Part shown: positions 37,062-49,600 of the stretch, one piece after another
How positions within the stretch are numbered: position 1 is the first letter of the stretch
Layout of the letters: each line of letters starts with the position of its first letter
NCBI RefSeq assembly: GCF_964355755.1
Contig: NC_092676.1
Location: 16,634,871-16,698,870 of the forward strand
Direction of reading: 5' to 3'
Length of the DNA: 64,000 nt
Origin: Antedon mediterranea
Taxonomy: Eukaryota > Animalia > Echinodermata
Translations under genes and position numbers: made by a program
Notes under the pieces: generated by a model
The model's database searches: none
Seen by the model: the letters and a program-made list of their open reading frames with translations, nothing else
What the model was told of the DNA's origin: nothing

Positions 37062-38543
37062 CTAACTCAAACTTCCAACCCTCGTTCTCAAGTCTCCATT
37101 GATGGTGGATGACGTGTACTTTAGTCTCTCGCCTCTAGCACCTAATGCACATCTGAGGTCTTCAGAACACAGACTTGTGTCTGATCCGTGATTTCCATTT
37201 TTCGCTGTCACGATCACTGGCAGGATTCTCATGAATACCTTGTTTCCACTGGAAACAACTCCAGAATTCACCTTAGCTTCGTTCGTTACCTTAACGACTG
37301 TGGGAGAAGGCGGATGCAGCATGTTATGGTGTTTCTCAGATCCGCACTTGCAGGTCCATTTTCTTGTGCATCTAGAACCTACATGACCGGATACTAAACA
37401 CCTAAAACACAGTCTCTTGGATTTAGCAATTTCCACTCTCTTTTCGTAATTACCTTCAACAAATTCTTTGCACTTGTAAACCTGGTGATTACCATCACAA
37501 ACAAAACACCTTACTGGCTTGCTACTTATGTGATTAGACTGAACGTTAACTGGCTTGTGACTCCTTCTGTCACTCGCAGAATGTCTGGATTTCGATAGAT
37601 TCTTACCGAACATCGTTGACGATATTTCTGCGTTCTTTACTAGCAAACTAAGCAAATCTTTAAACCCAGGCTCCCTATTTTCACTAGTTAGGATGTCATG
37701 CGCCTTTTTAATCCATGTTGTTTGCAAGTGGTTGGGCAAAAGATCCTGCACCTTTAAGATGTTTGTAGTGCTATTTAGATCATTTGTGTAGCCGAGCTTA
37801 GTTAATGTAACAAAGCATTTTTTCATTGAGGCGATAAGATCCCAAAGGGAATCGGCATCATTAGCCCTAACAGGACTTCTGTTGGTAAGCTCATGCATTA
37901 GCGCGCCTAGTATCATGTGAGGTTGACCGAACTGGCTCTTTAAAATGCATTTGGCTTCATCATAGCCTCCGTCGCCTAACAAGTCACAGCACTCGATATA
38001 GCTACGCGCTTTGCCTTTACACATAGTCTTCAAATGTTGCAGACGAGTAGCATTACAACTTAGTTTTGATTCGATGTTAACTTCAAAGTTAGTTATGAAA
38101 GAAAAATATTCAATAGGATCGTCAGAGAACTTGAGATATTCTGCCTTAGGCAGTTCTAGTGCTAACTTAATTTCTTTGAAATCACTTAAACAATTTGATG
38201 ACACACTTATGTTACTAACATTATCACCATCAATATTATCATGGTTACCTGAAGTAGTGGTAGGTACAACTACCGCACTCCCATCACTGGATGGACTAAC
38301 CTTATCCTTCAGAAAGCTCTCGGTTGCAAGTCTTACTTCCAGGAAAGTACCCTGGACTTCTTCCATCCATTTCTCCTCTTGCGCGTAGGCCTCGTCGTCT
38401 TCGATTTCGTCGGACAAGCTTCGATGCGCGGACTCCACGGCTTCAAATGTAGTTGTCACTTTCTGGAAGAGATCCTCAACGGTTTTGATGTTTACTCCCT
38501 CTTTGTCAAGGGCAGACTTCCACAGGTTCACTGCTCGCGTCAT
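37062..38543 (-). CDS. BEL/Pao gag (DUF1759-like, three zinc knuckles) with truncated protease
   Basis: CFVCDGNHQVYKC, CFRCLVSGHVGSRC, CKCGSEKHHNMLH. The protease active-site segment appears deleted (NGN|HGSDTS). Confidence 0.85.
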   Translation of the reverse strand: MTRAVNLWKSALDKEGVNIKTVEDLFQKVTTTFEAVESAHRSLSDEIEDDEAYAQEEKWMEEVQGTFLEVRLATESFLKDKVSPSSDGSAVVVPTTTSGNHDNIDGDNVSNISVSSNCLSDFKEIKLALELPKAEYLKFSDDPIEYFSFITNFEVNIESKLSCNATRLQHLKTMCKGKARSYIECCDLLGDGGYDEAKCILKSQFGQPHMILGALMHELTNRSPVRANDADSLWDLIASMKKCFVTLTKLGYTNDLNSTTNILKVQDLLPNHLQTTWIKKAHDILTSENREPGFKDLLSLLVKNAEISSTMFGKNLSKSRHSASDRRSHKPVNVQSNHISSKPVRCFVCDGNHQVYKCKEFVEGNYEKRVEIAKSKRLCFRCLVSGHVGSRCTRKWTCKCGSEKHHNMLHPPSPTVVKVTNEAKVNSGVVSSGNKVFMRILPVIVTAKNGNHGSDTSLCSEDLRCALGARGERLKYTSSTINGDLRTRVGSLS

Positions 38544-39129
38544 CGCGCCTTTACAGTTTCTCCGCTGTCTACTATATTGAGTAGCTATGTTGTGCTCAGA
38601 TGTTCTTCCAGTCGTTGAAGAACCAGTACTTTTCCACAGTAGCTTTACACGATGTCGTCGAGGTCGTCACTCACTGCTAGTTGTCATTCACTCACTGTAA
38701 CTGCTCTTGGGCTCGGAGCAAGTTTGGAATGTAGAGGGCGTCGTTTAGTCAAGTCACACAAACGCGAACAAGGCAACACTATGACCATCAGTTAAACAAT
38801 CTTCAATTTATTATGTTCCAACCGTGTCTGTCTGACTACCTTTTATTAGTTCGTTCGGTGAGTGAATATGACCGCTCTAAGCCTCAAATCTTATGTCAAT
38901 ATTCTCCTTTCAAACATTATCTCAATTTAGTAATCATCTGCAACTGAACACAATGTGTAATTTGGCATTTATGCTCGCAAATCTGGCATTTTCTACCATA
39001 AATAAACCCACGTGCATCGCCGACTGATGCTAGTTGCGCTCTTCCGACGCGAAGTCAAAGTTCGTTCTACCTCACAAATACAATTTAAAACGCTGGGGGC
39101 GCGCTGCATGGGAAAGATCTAACAAACGT

Positions 39130-39610
39130 CCTCCGGGAATGTTTTTGCACACTTGAGTACAAAGCGGTAAAAGTGAAGGATTGACACCATCTTCACTCTC
39201 CTCACTGTCTTGAAGCAGAAGAATATTGCTGTGGAGTTGATACAGGAGATTCTTGATACAGGTTATGAACCGCAGTATTGCCTGAAGTGGCATAGCAGTG
39301 ATATGCCTCTTGCTTTTACATATGGCACACTCAATTGCTTCTTTGCAGTCACAGGCTTGATGTGAGTTTGATGTGCAGCATTTGTAACACAGGTTAGACT
39401 CCTTCAGCAGAGCTTTTCTCTCTTTTAAGTGTGTCTAAGACACCAATTATTCAGTCTGTCTGTGGTACCTGCAGTTTCTTTTTTGCCTTGTAGCATTGGG
39501 CCAACATTAGTTCTACTCACGGTAAGTGATCTTGCGGGTGGCTGGTTGTTACGTGCAGGCTTCTCAGACACAGGTGTCGTTTCACATATCCGCCTGATTG
39601 TTTTATAGTC
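39130..39610 (-). mobile_element. Older BEL gag fragment; continues as protease at ~32700-32918 across the young BEL insertion
   Basis: ALLKESNLCYKCCTSNSHQACDCKEAIECAICKSKRH; on the other side of the insertion, AVIDDQSNRTLAK. Confidence 0.65.
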
Positions 39611-39616
39611 TGAGAG

Positions 39617-42600
39617 ATGGATCGATATAGTGCACATATTTTGTGTGTGGCATACTTTAGTACATCTGAAAACCAGATTCTTATGTGTTTCGGGTGCTGG
39701 GCCTTGGGGTCAGAGGTCAATGACCTACTTTTAGACCCACATTTTACCAATATTTTTATTTTATGGTACAGGGCGTGTTAACGTACAATGAATGATGAAT
39801 ATACTAAACATTGATTCATTTCAGTCATTATTTAAAAATGTAGAAGTGTATGTAAAAAAAATGTTTAATTCGTGTTACCTTGTGATCTTGTATATGAAAA
39901 ATAACGATTTTTACTCATTTTTGATTAAAATTTACAAAAAAAGGCTATCTCGTTAACTACTACTATATAAACTTTTATCATAAACCTACTACTGTATAAA
40001 TTACTAAAACATTATCATCACTGTAATCCTCACTGTGCAAATCATCTTCATCCAATACCATTTCAGGGAACCTACAGGTATGTCCTATTGAATTTCAAAT
40101 ATCTTCCCATCACCACTTTCCAACCTCTGTTATTTGGTTCAATCTCCATTATTTGGTTCAATCTCCATTAGATATGCCATTATGGCATCCTCCATATGAG
40201 TGCGACATAATTGGTCCTCTAAATTTTTTGGCAAAGCACTGACTTGCAAGGTGGTAGGCATGTTTGATCAGATGTCTTAATCGTCTCAAGCGGATTCTCT
40301 CCATCCTGTGGTTCGTATATTTTATCGAATATTTCTAATTTTGCCTTGTTTACTTTCTTCAATGTTGGTCTACTGTACATAGCACATACAAATTCTTCTA
40401 GAATATCTGAAGTGCTATCTCTAACATTTTCGGACAATCCAATTGATTAAATGCCTCAGTAAAATCGTGTTGATTCAACCATTATAGGGACGTAGCTTTC
40501 CTTTTCGCAAAAATACAGCAGTGTTGAATCCAGTAAATGCGTGATATGCAGGTAAAGCAAAAAAAAACCGTTGATCCTATGCTTTTTGCTATTTTGCTAA
40601 CAATGACTCTTCCCACTAAGATGGATGCTTTTAGTGTTGAAGCAAAATACAAGTGTTACTTGCTCGTACAACACAAGTTGAAGGTCTTGGATTTTGCTCA
40701 GATATATATCTGTCATGAAACATAATCTTCCTCTAAATTATCACAGGCAACCTCCTGTACCAAATTTCGATTAATTTTCCCATCAAAATTTGATATCTGA
40801 ATCTCTTTCTTTTCTTCGTTTTTAACTTTATTTGCCTGAAATATATATTGTCTTCTGCGTGTGTTATGATATTTTACTTCTTTTGAGTGAAATCCAATGT
40901 TTTCTATATTGGCTTGCATAACAGAGTCACCTAATATAACAGCAGGTTCTTTAATATTCTGCTCTGCCGTATCCAATTCACAGCTGGTAAGTCGGGTTTC
41001 TTTTCTCTTTTCTGTCTCTTTTATTGTCACAAAATATACATACATTTCCAAAAATATCTGTTGGTTTGGAAGAATAATGGGATACATCTTTACGATGGGG
41101 TTTTTCATGCCTTGTATTATCTGTCGAACTAGGTGTTTTACATTTTATTTTTTGTAAAGCGGTAAATGATTTATAGCACTTAATGTGGTAGCCATCTCAT
41201 GATTATTCTTCAAATCCTTCTGCTGGATCAATCACCACTATCTTTGTGATCGGTCTTCTGAACTCACCGCCACTAGTCTTTATTTTAACATTTGTGATCT
41301 TTCCATCGGTACCTGGATAAACATGAATTACTCTTCCCAGAGTCCATTTCCCTCTAATAGAACTAGGATCTGATAACATAACTGTGTCATCAACACGTAC
41401 GTTTCGCCTCTCGACGTTCCACTTCTTACGAGAAACCACCAATGGAAAAACGTCAGTATTCCAGGCCTTCCAAAACGAATCTACTATTCGTTGAACAAAT
41501 TCTGCTCTGTGTCTCGAGTTATTGGTCGGCTTAAATGGACCTTGTGGAACTGCACTGGAAGCATGTCCTAATAGCAAATCATTGGGGCACAGATAGCTTC
41601 CATCATCTGAATCGTTGGGAATTCGTCAAATCGGTCTTTGGTTGACCATATTTCCCACCTCAAGTAAACATGTATTTAATTCAGACGGGGTCAATATCTG
41701 TGAACCTATCGCTCTCTTTAATGCATTCTTTACACTTTTAACAAGTGCTTCTGCACAACCATTTTGTTGGGCGATACCAAAAACAGCAGCTCCCTCCATT
41801 TCTGACTTCCTTAGACCGCTGATGGCTACTGCTGGAGATGGTTTATTTTCAATTATATCGACCGACATGCAGTATGTCTGCATCAGACTGATTATCTTTG
41901 AACCACAGGAAACGTAGACATTTCCTGTGATCTTCTCGCACTTTAATTACGTAAAACATCTGTTCAATGTCACCCGTCACTGCTACTTGTTCTTCGCGGA
42001 ATCGAATGAGTAATCCAAGTAACAAAATAGTGTCGTTTAGCGAAACATCGTTGAACGTAGCACTGGAGTCAAAAACTACTTTTAACTTGTCTGGTTTTCG
42101 CGGGTGATACACGCCAAAGTGAGGAAGATACCAAGCTTCATCTTCTTCTTTCACTAACTTATTCTCTACCCTACACGTAAGCCTTTTATCCAATATTTTG
42201 CCCACAAAATCGAAGTATTGAACTTGATTTTTAGGATCTTTATTCAATGAGCTGACGAGCGTCTTCATCCTTTGTGGTGCTTGACAATTGTTGTTAGGTA
42301 GTTTTTGCCGACCTCTTTTGAATGGAAAGGGTGCAACCCAATTGCCAGCGGCATCTTTAACTATCTTGTGACTCATAAGATTTGAAAACTCTAAATCTTA
42401 AGTTGAATGGCCTAATTTTTCATCACCTGCAGTCTGTGTAAATATGTCTGCACCAAATTACTTTCGTGACTTAGAATCTGGCAGATTTCTACCGTATTTT
42501 TGCAGGGTTGAAAGTTAGCTGAAGTACGTCCATTGGTTAGTTGTGTGTAGTAGGTACTGATGGCCTTTTTCTGGTTTGTTAGATCTCGTCGAAGGTGTGC

Positions 42601-43095
42601 ACCATTTAAACACACTACTTCTATCACAACCCAGCCAAGATCTAAGCGATGTGCCCAGGGTTCTTGATTTTCTCCGTTGATGACTTCCCTAACTTTGTGG
42701 AATTGGGGAGCATCACTTCCAATCAGAATCAAAACATCCGCGTCTTTCTTTAAAGGTGGTATAAGATTTGATATTGGCTCCAGATGTTTGAATGCTTCGG
42801 CAGCCTTTGGGGTAGGAATTTCCGACACGTCTTTTAATGAGAATCAAGGTTTAGTATATTCATCAGCTTTAATTTAAGCCTAATTTCAAAGAAATTGATG
42901 TACGTTAACACGTCCTGTGCCATAAAATTAAAATGTTGGTAAAATATGGATCAACAAGTAGGTCATTGACCTCTGACCCCAAGGCACAGCACCCGAAACA
43001 CTTAAGAATCGGGTTTTCAGATGTACCAAAGTATGTTTGACGCACACAAATCATGTTAAGACCAATGGTAAAATATGTACACTATTGATCCATCA
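39617..43095. mobile_element. Decayed Academ-like DNA transposon containing a BEL pol fragment
   Basis: Inverted repeats 39617-39787 and 42899-43095. Minus-strand transposase relics at 40190-40560: ALPAYHAFTG..FLRKGK, LEEFVCAMY, LPPCKSVL. Confidence 0.55.
41203..42830 (-). pseudogene. Fragmented BEL/Pao pol (RT start and integrase C-terminus, RNase H region deleted)
   Basis: EIPTP..FKHL, WYLPHFGVYHPRKPDKLKVVFDSSA, GDIEQMF, QNGCAEALVKSVK, VNQRPI, RRPITKIVV, spread over four broken ORFs. Confidence 0.8.
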
Positions 43096-43400
43096 CATGA
43101 AAATATACGAGATAACAAAACAAGAAGAATGGAGTAAAAGAATTAAACGAAGGAGACTAAAATGGTATGGACACATAATTAGATTACCGGATAATACCCC
43201 AATCAAACAAACAATGAGGGAAACTAACAGGAAAATAAAACGACCCGTAGGAAGACCAAGCAATAACTGGATGAATCAAATAAAGAAAAACTTACAAGGA
43301 CATGTAGACACTAACACAATAACAAACCAACCTGCCATAAACTGACAAACATGGAAACAAATTGTGGAAAGCGTAATGTCGGAAGACGGAAAACGTTAAG
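43095..43400 (+). mobile_element. RTE-like LINE 3' fragment
   Basis: IKRRRLKWYGHIIRLPDNTP...KRPVGRP..W motif. Confidence 0.6.
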
Positions 43401-44678
43401 AAAAAAAAGAAAAAATTGATCCATCCGTCTATTATAAAATCCACGAATACTTTGAATGATGGAAGGTGACCTTCTTTTCCGTCTTTTTTTAAATTTTCAT
43501 TTCCAAAAACACAACGCGCCACCAGACAAAAACAAACAAACAAACAAAAAATGGTTCTCAACAAGAAACAAAAAAACACCTTTTTCGTCTTATACGCAGT
43601 AGCTTGGACACTCACTAGCATAGTGGCCTAGCTGCTTACATCGGGGCAGGTGATCTTAGACTTATCGCGCTTGGCAGCAGGTGTTCTTCGTTGGTACGAG
43701 TTCTGCTCCAGCTTTGTGAGTCATGCTGCACAGTCTTCTTGTTTCGCTCTAATGTCCTCAGTAAGATCGGTCTGGACCTTTACGGCAAGTGACAAGTTCT
43801 CCAGTGTTTTCAGTATCATGTCGTCGGTGTCATTACTGCAGACAGCAACAATTCTTCCTGCTTTCTGGTGAAGACCTTCTTCCATATCTAAGGCCCACAT
43901 CCCGAAGTTTAAAGAAACTGGCACCAGGGTCTTCTTTCAACATTTTACTTACATTTTAAACTATCTCTCCTGCATCTTAATATTAGAAGTATTACGCATA
44001 AAGTTAATGATCTCGAATGCCTTTTGAATTCAATTAATAACAAATTTTCCATAATCGGTATCAGTGAAACATGGCTTAATGAAAACTCCCCTATTCCTTC
44101 CATTAATAACTACTCCTTCTTTGCAAGCAATAGAAGCAATAATCAAATTGGCGGAGGAGTTGCATTTTTTATACGTAATGATATTAGCATTACAATTCGA
44201 AATGACTTAAAATTACCAGACGACCTTTCCGAATCACTTTTTGTTGAGATTGAAAATTCAAAGACAAACAAGCACGAATGTGCAATACTCGGGGTACAGC
44301 GAAAGAAGCTGTAATGACGTCATAAGACCGGATGTAACGTCACATACACATCACTAACCGCGCTACCGAATACGGCTATACGGTACCATCTTCGAGACGT
44401 GATATGGCTGCATCCGGTTTGAAATTAAAAAATCCGGCTCTATAGCTTTGAGGACATGTCCCTGTAGTATATTCATGCTAAATCCGAGCTCAATACTACA
44501 ACGAATAAGGGGGGAGTAGTACTTTATAAATCGCACTTTTTGCTCAATAGTGTCTGGATGGTAGAAGAAGAGGAAAAGATGAGAGTCCTAGACTCAGGTA
44601 CCCCGAGTAATAAAACGAGATATACTCTATATCATATTACGTATACAGTATATTTCACCATAAAGTTAAAGAAAAATA

Positions 44679-44755
44679 GGTTTCGCCAGGGCTCGAACAA
44701 CCGGGACCTTCTGCGTGTTGTTAAGCAGACTTGACAACCACTACACTACAAAACC
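44679..44755 (-). pseudogene. tRNA-Val(AAC)-derived pseudogene with small internal duplications
   Basis: GGTTTTGTAGTGTAGTGGTTGTCAAGTCTGCTTAACAACACGCAGAAGGTCCCGGTTGTTCGAGCCCTGGCGAAACC followed by a T-rich tract. Confidence 0.7.
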
Positions 44756-44977
44756 TCTTACACTAAAAATGTGGGTTACACAAAGTTTTTTAATCCATTT
44801 AAATTACAAATAAATATGGTAATAAGCACAAAGCAAAATAAACATGTATAAAAGTGATAATTACCGATTACACAAAATAGTTTTTTAAAAAAATAATAAA
44901 AATAAGATATACTGTGTTTAATTATCATATTGCGTATAGGCCTACAGTACTTTTCACCATAAAATAAAAAAAAAAAA

Positions 44978-45049
44978 GGTTTCGCCCGGGCTCGAACCAG
45001 GTACCTTCTGCGTGTTAAGCAAACGTGATAACCACTACGCCAAGAAGCC
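44978..45049 (-). tRNA. tRNA-Val(AAC)-like gene, probably a pseudogene
   Basis: 72 nt GGCTTCTTGGCGTAGTGGTTATCACGTTTGCTTAACACGCAGAAGGTACCTGGTTCGAGCCCGGGCGAAACC, then a long oligo-T Pol III terminator; two acceptor-stem mismatches. Confidence 0.65.
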
Positions 45050-46696
45050 GCATATAACTACCTTACGCTGTGTGGTGTGTCACACATTGTGGCTTCTTAA
45101 TTAAACAAATTAATTAACAAACTAGACTCGGGTACCCCGAGTAAAAAGCACGAATGTGCGATACTCGGGGTACAGCAAATGAAGCTGTAATGACGTCATA
45201 AGACGGGATGTGACGTCACATACACATCAATAACCTACCAAATACGGCTATATGGTACCATTTTCGAGACGTTATATGGCTGCATCCGGTTTGAAATCTA
45301 AAAATCCGGCTCTATAGATTTGAGGACATGTCCCTGTAGTATATTCATGCTAAATCCCAGCTCAATACTACAACTAATAAGGGAGGAGTAGTACTTTAAA
45401 AATTGCACTTTTTACTCAATAGTGTCCAGATGGTGGAGGAGAAAATGAGTAAGTACTAGACTCGGGTACCCCGAGTAAAAAATTGATATTATAGGCATTA
45501 TTTACAGAGCCCCCTGTGGAGGGCTAGATTCTTTTACTAAATCCGTCGATAATGTATTAACCCAAATTAACAATGAAAACACAAATTGTCATCTCATGGG
45601 AGACTTCAATATTGATTTATTAAAATTCCATAACCATAAATTAACAAACACCTACCTAAATACCTTAATTTCCCATTCTTTTTTCCAACTATTTCAAAAC
45701 CAACTAGGATTACCTCAACTTCGGCCACCTTGATTGATCATTTTTATTCCAAACAATCTAACTATAAAATAGTTGCTGGTGTTTTACTTAATGATATCTC
45801 CGACCACCTTCCTATATTTCAGTTCATTAATCAAGAAATTAATGATCAAAACCTTGATGATAATAGCGCCAACTACTCATTTCGTATAAATGACCTAAAT
45901 GCCTTATCGATTGATTTAGAAGGTGAAGACTGGTCTATGATATTTGATTGTGACCCAAGATTGAGTTTTGATATATTTATTGAAAAATTTACAAATATCC
46001 ACTCCAGACACTTGGTTAAAAGTAGTATAAAATCAAATAAAACGTTTAAACAACCATGGATGTCATCTGCTCTCTTAAAATGTAGTTCTCGGAAACATAA
46101 ACTTTATAACAAATATATGCACACACGTAGTAATAATGACAAATTAAACTATACAAAATATAATAATATATTCACTAATCTTTGTCGCACTGCTAAAAAG
46201 AATTATTATACTTCCCAGTTTGATAGATATAAAGGTAATCTGAAGAACACATGGCTTGTAATAAATTCTGTTTTAAATAAAGGTAATAATAATAACAAGC
46301 ACCCGAATCTAATTAAAGACGGTGATAATATTTACAAAACTCAAAAAGAGATATGTGAATCGTTTAACAACTATTTTTCTACAATTGGTCCTAATCTTAT
46401 TAATAGTATGCCAACTAATATAACTGATCCATTATCTTATCTTCATTCTGCGTTTGCCAACTCATTTTATATTAGCCCAGTTTCAATTGATGATGTTAAC
46501 CTAACTATATACAATCTAAATTCTAATAAAGGGTCTGGATCTGACGGTATTACTGCTCGTGTCTTAAAATCTGTATCTCCCTTAATCATCCACCAACTTA
46601 CCATTGTATAAATTCATCTTTTTTATCTGGCACTTTTCCAACACACTTAAAACTAGCTAAAGTTGTGCCCATTTTCAAGAAAGGTGAACGAAGTCA

Positions 46697-49600
46697 ATTT
46701 TTGCTACTCGGAGACTGCGGCAATTAACAAACTCATAGAATAATAAATAAAGACGCATACAACATAAGTTCTGGCTTAAATAGTTTAATTAGTAAATGAA
46801 CATTCACCCATGTAAAACTGCACATAAAAGTCATAAGCAAATATAAGTTATATAGCAATAATTTTCCAATTCTAAGTAAGCACAACAGGGATGCTCAGAG
46901 AAAAATAGCCCTATTGCCATAAGTGTCATAATATTGGGCGGGAGGGAGGGAAAATTGTCTTCAACTTAATGTGATCGTGTTAACAGAGAGGATGCTTGGT
47001 CAAAGAGGTCGAAAACCCGCCCTCTCCGTTCTCAAAATAGAATTGTGTTTCCAACCCAATTCTTGATTTTTGCTACTCGGAGACTGCGGCAATTAACAAA
47101 CTCATAGAATAATAAATAAAGACGCATACAACATAAGTTCTGGCTTAAATAGTTTAATTAGTAAATGAACATTCACCCATGTAAAACTGCACATAAAAGT
47201 CATAAGCAAATATAAGTTATATAGCAATAATTTTCCAATTCTAAGTAAGCACAACAGGGATGCTCAGAGAAAAATAGCCCGCGGCAGGTGCGAAGGCACC
47301 GCCAAGAGCAGCCCACCAAAGAGCAGGAAACAAGGAAGAATGTTCACTTACTCGCATGAAACTGAGATAAAAAAAAAACAACCAGGACTCCCTGGAAGAG
47401 TCTCCAAAGAGACTGATAGGTACAAAAATCACCATTAATACAACGATGCTCCCCATGAAAGTATACGCAGATACTTCATGGCAGTATGTTGAGCATCAGC
47501 ACCTTCCACCCAGGGCTAATCCAAGGGCTCCACTACCGTGCACTGCAATGGGAGCAAAGTTGTACACATCGCCAATAAACAATACTGACAGAAAAAACAA
47601 AAACGCATGGATGTGAGTTATAATGTAAATGTAGATTTTTATTATGTTGTTGAAAATTCGTAGAAATATAAATTATTCAATGAAATACAACAATACAGCT
47701 GGCCACCTCTTGAACATGATGAGGGAAATCCCTGTTTTCAGTTTATGACCGCCCATTTGGAGATCTAAAAGTATGATGCTTTTTGATTGGAGTTTCCTTA
47801 ACAACCTGAGGTGATTGTCAATTAGATTGCCAAGGGCTTTAGGTTGTCAACAAATCATGTCCCAGGTTAAGATAAAATATGATAAGATAAATCTTTATTG
47901 TCATGAACACAACAAGGCGAGCATGAAATTGGTTTTCCTTGATGCTTAAAAACACATGCAATATATAAAACATTAAAAATATCAATACAATACATTAAAA
48001 ATATATACAGCTGTAAACAAGTAAAACAAACTATCTTTGAAATGTTGAGTTGGAAACATGAATAGAGTTGTGGACGATGTCTAGAACAGAATTGGTGAAC
48101 TTTCAAAAATTGTCTTCGGTTTTTCGGTAGGTTGATCCAATATTTAAATCAAAGACACATATAAAATAAAAATATAATGTTTAAAGTACATATTGTTAAC
48201 ATATTAAAGTGATTGGTTGAGAATTGATGAACGGAAAAAGAAAAGAGTAGGCACATGTTTTTCGATTCTCAAGCCACAGTCCATTAGTTCCATTGTCTCG
48301 GGCTGAGTGAGGCTAACCTGTGACTGTCAGTAGCATTTTGGCTTAACGGAGGTTAAATCTTCTATATATTGTATTTAACCAACATTGATTATAATTATGA
48401 TTAATATATTTGCCATTCCTAACGTTCCGAAGAATTAATAATAGGTAGGCCTACTTAATTATTTTGAAGTATTTTAAAACATATTAGTTAGAAATGCGCA
48501 ACATTCCTATTATAGTAAATGGAATCGTCCGTACCATGAAAGTTAAATACTTTATGGACAGGTCCACTTATTTTCAAGGGATATGCTTTGATTATTATTG
48601 ATTGAGGATTATTTATATATATATATATAAATTTGCCATTGGATATATGTATATATAAAGTATGAAAGGAATCATATTTTGTAGGTTTTTAGTTTTAATT
48701 GATTAATTTAAAACTGTTAGTACTGCTATAGGAATCTATGTTTGCATTTTCTTCAATTAATATTTATTTTTTTAAATGAAAACATATTATTTTTAAAACT
48801 GAATTTATTGTAATTAATTAAACTAGATGGTCGTGTCCACGGATGGTTCTCGAATACACAGTAATTTCAGCGTGAAAAAAAAATCAACGAAAAACTGGCG
48901 ATTTCAAATGTACGTACCGCAGGACTATAGAACATTGTCGTTTACAGAAACGAATAAATAGACACGATGATTTATGTAGTCAACTAAAATTAGCACCATG
49001 GTAATTAGACCTACTTCCGAAGAAGGAGAAACTTTTTTATTTGAACTCATTTAAACAAACCCAATTTGTGTTTTGTATATATAGGGATAGGGAAGAGGAT
49101 GTAACGATACACCACTACGAAGTTTATATTGTTTATAATTAATTATTAATATAAACGCTGAGAAGCAGCTGTCAGTAATACAGTTTCTTATTTGTATATT
49201 ATGTGTTTATATATCCAGCAGTAGAGCATACCCACGGTAACAGTAATACATGTTCTTTGTATATGTGTTTATATATCTAACAGTAACCACATTCACCGTA
49301 AGAAAGTTTCGATTCAAATGGCGACCAAAAATGGTTAATACGTATTTACAATAATGTCAAAGTTTTGCAATATCTCAGTTTTAAGTTTATTCTCCAAGGG
49401 CTCATAAATTTACCTACTTGTGTTAAACCAACACCCCTATTTGGGGCAAATAATTGAACCTAAATTCGTTTTAATTGTTAATAACTAATTATCTGACTAA
49501 ATTTAATTAGTAAACAGGGTTACATCAGGTGGTAAAAACCAGTACCGAGATTCTAACCAACTTTATCATCGAGTAAACCTTCTAGGAATAACGCACGATT

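Larger units (their letters stand above)
32924..39124 (-). mobile_element. Full-length BEL/Pao LTR retrotransposon, recent insertion
   Basis: 429-bp LTRs at 32924-33352 and 38696-39124 (TGT...ACA, about 3 mismatches seen); 5-bp TSD AACGT; PPT GTGGGGAG next to the 3' LTR; gag and pol ORFs. Confidence 0.97.
44267..45480. mobile_element. Helentron/DINE-1-like non-autonomous rolling-circle element; two ~335-bp units flanking captured DNA
   Basis: Direct repeats 44270-44608 and 45146-45478; terminal hairpin ACTCGGGTACCCCGAGT occurs 3 times (~44591, 45126, 45460); subterminal ACTCGGGGTAC; inserted in an A-run with no evident TSD. Confidence 0.6.

Noticed and set aside
34334-38618. Plus-strand ORFs overlapping BEL gag and pol
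   Set aside because: Antisense shadows of the coding strand with no recognisable motifs.
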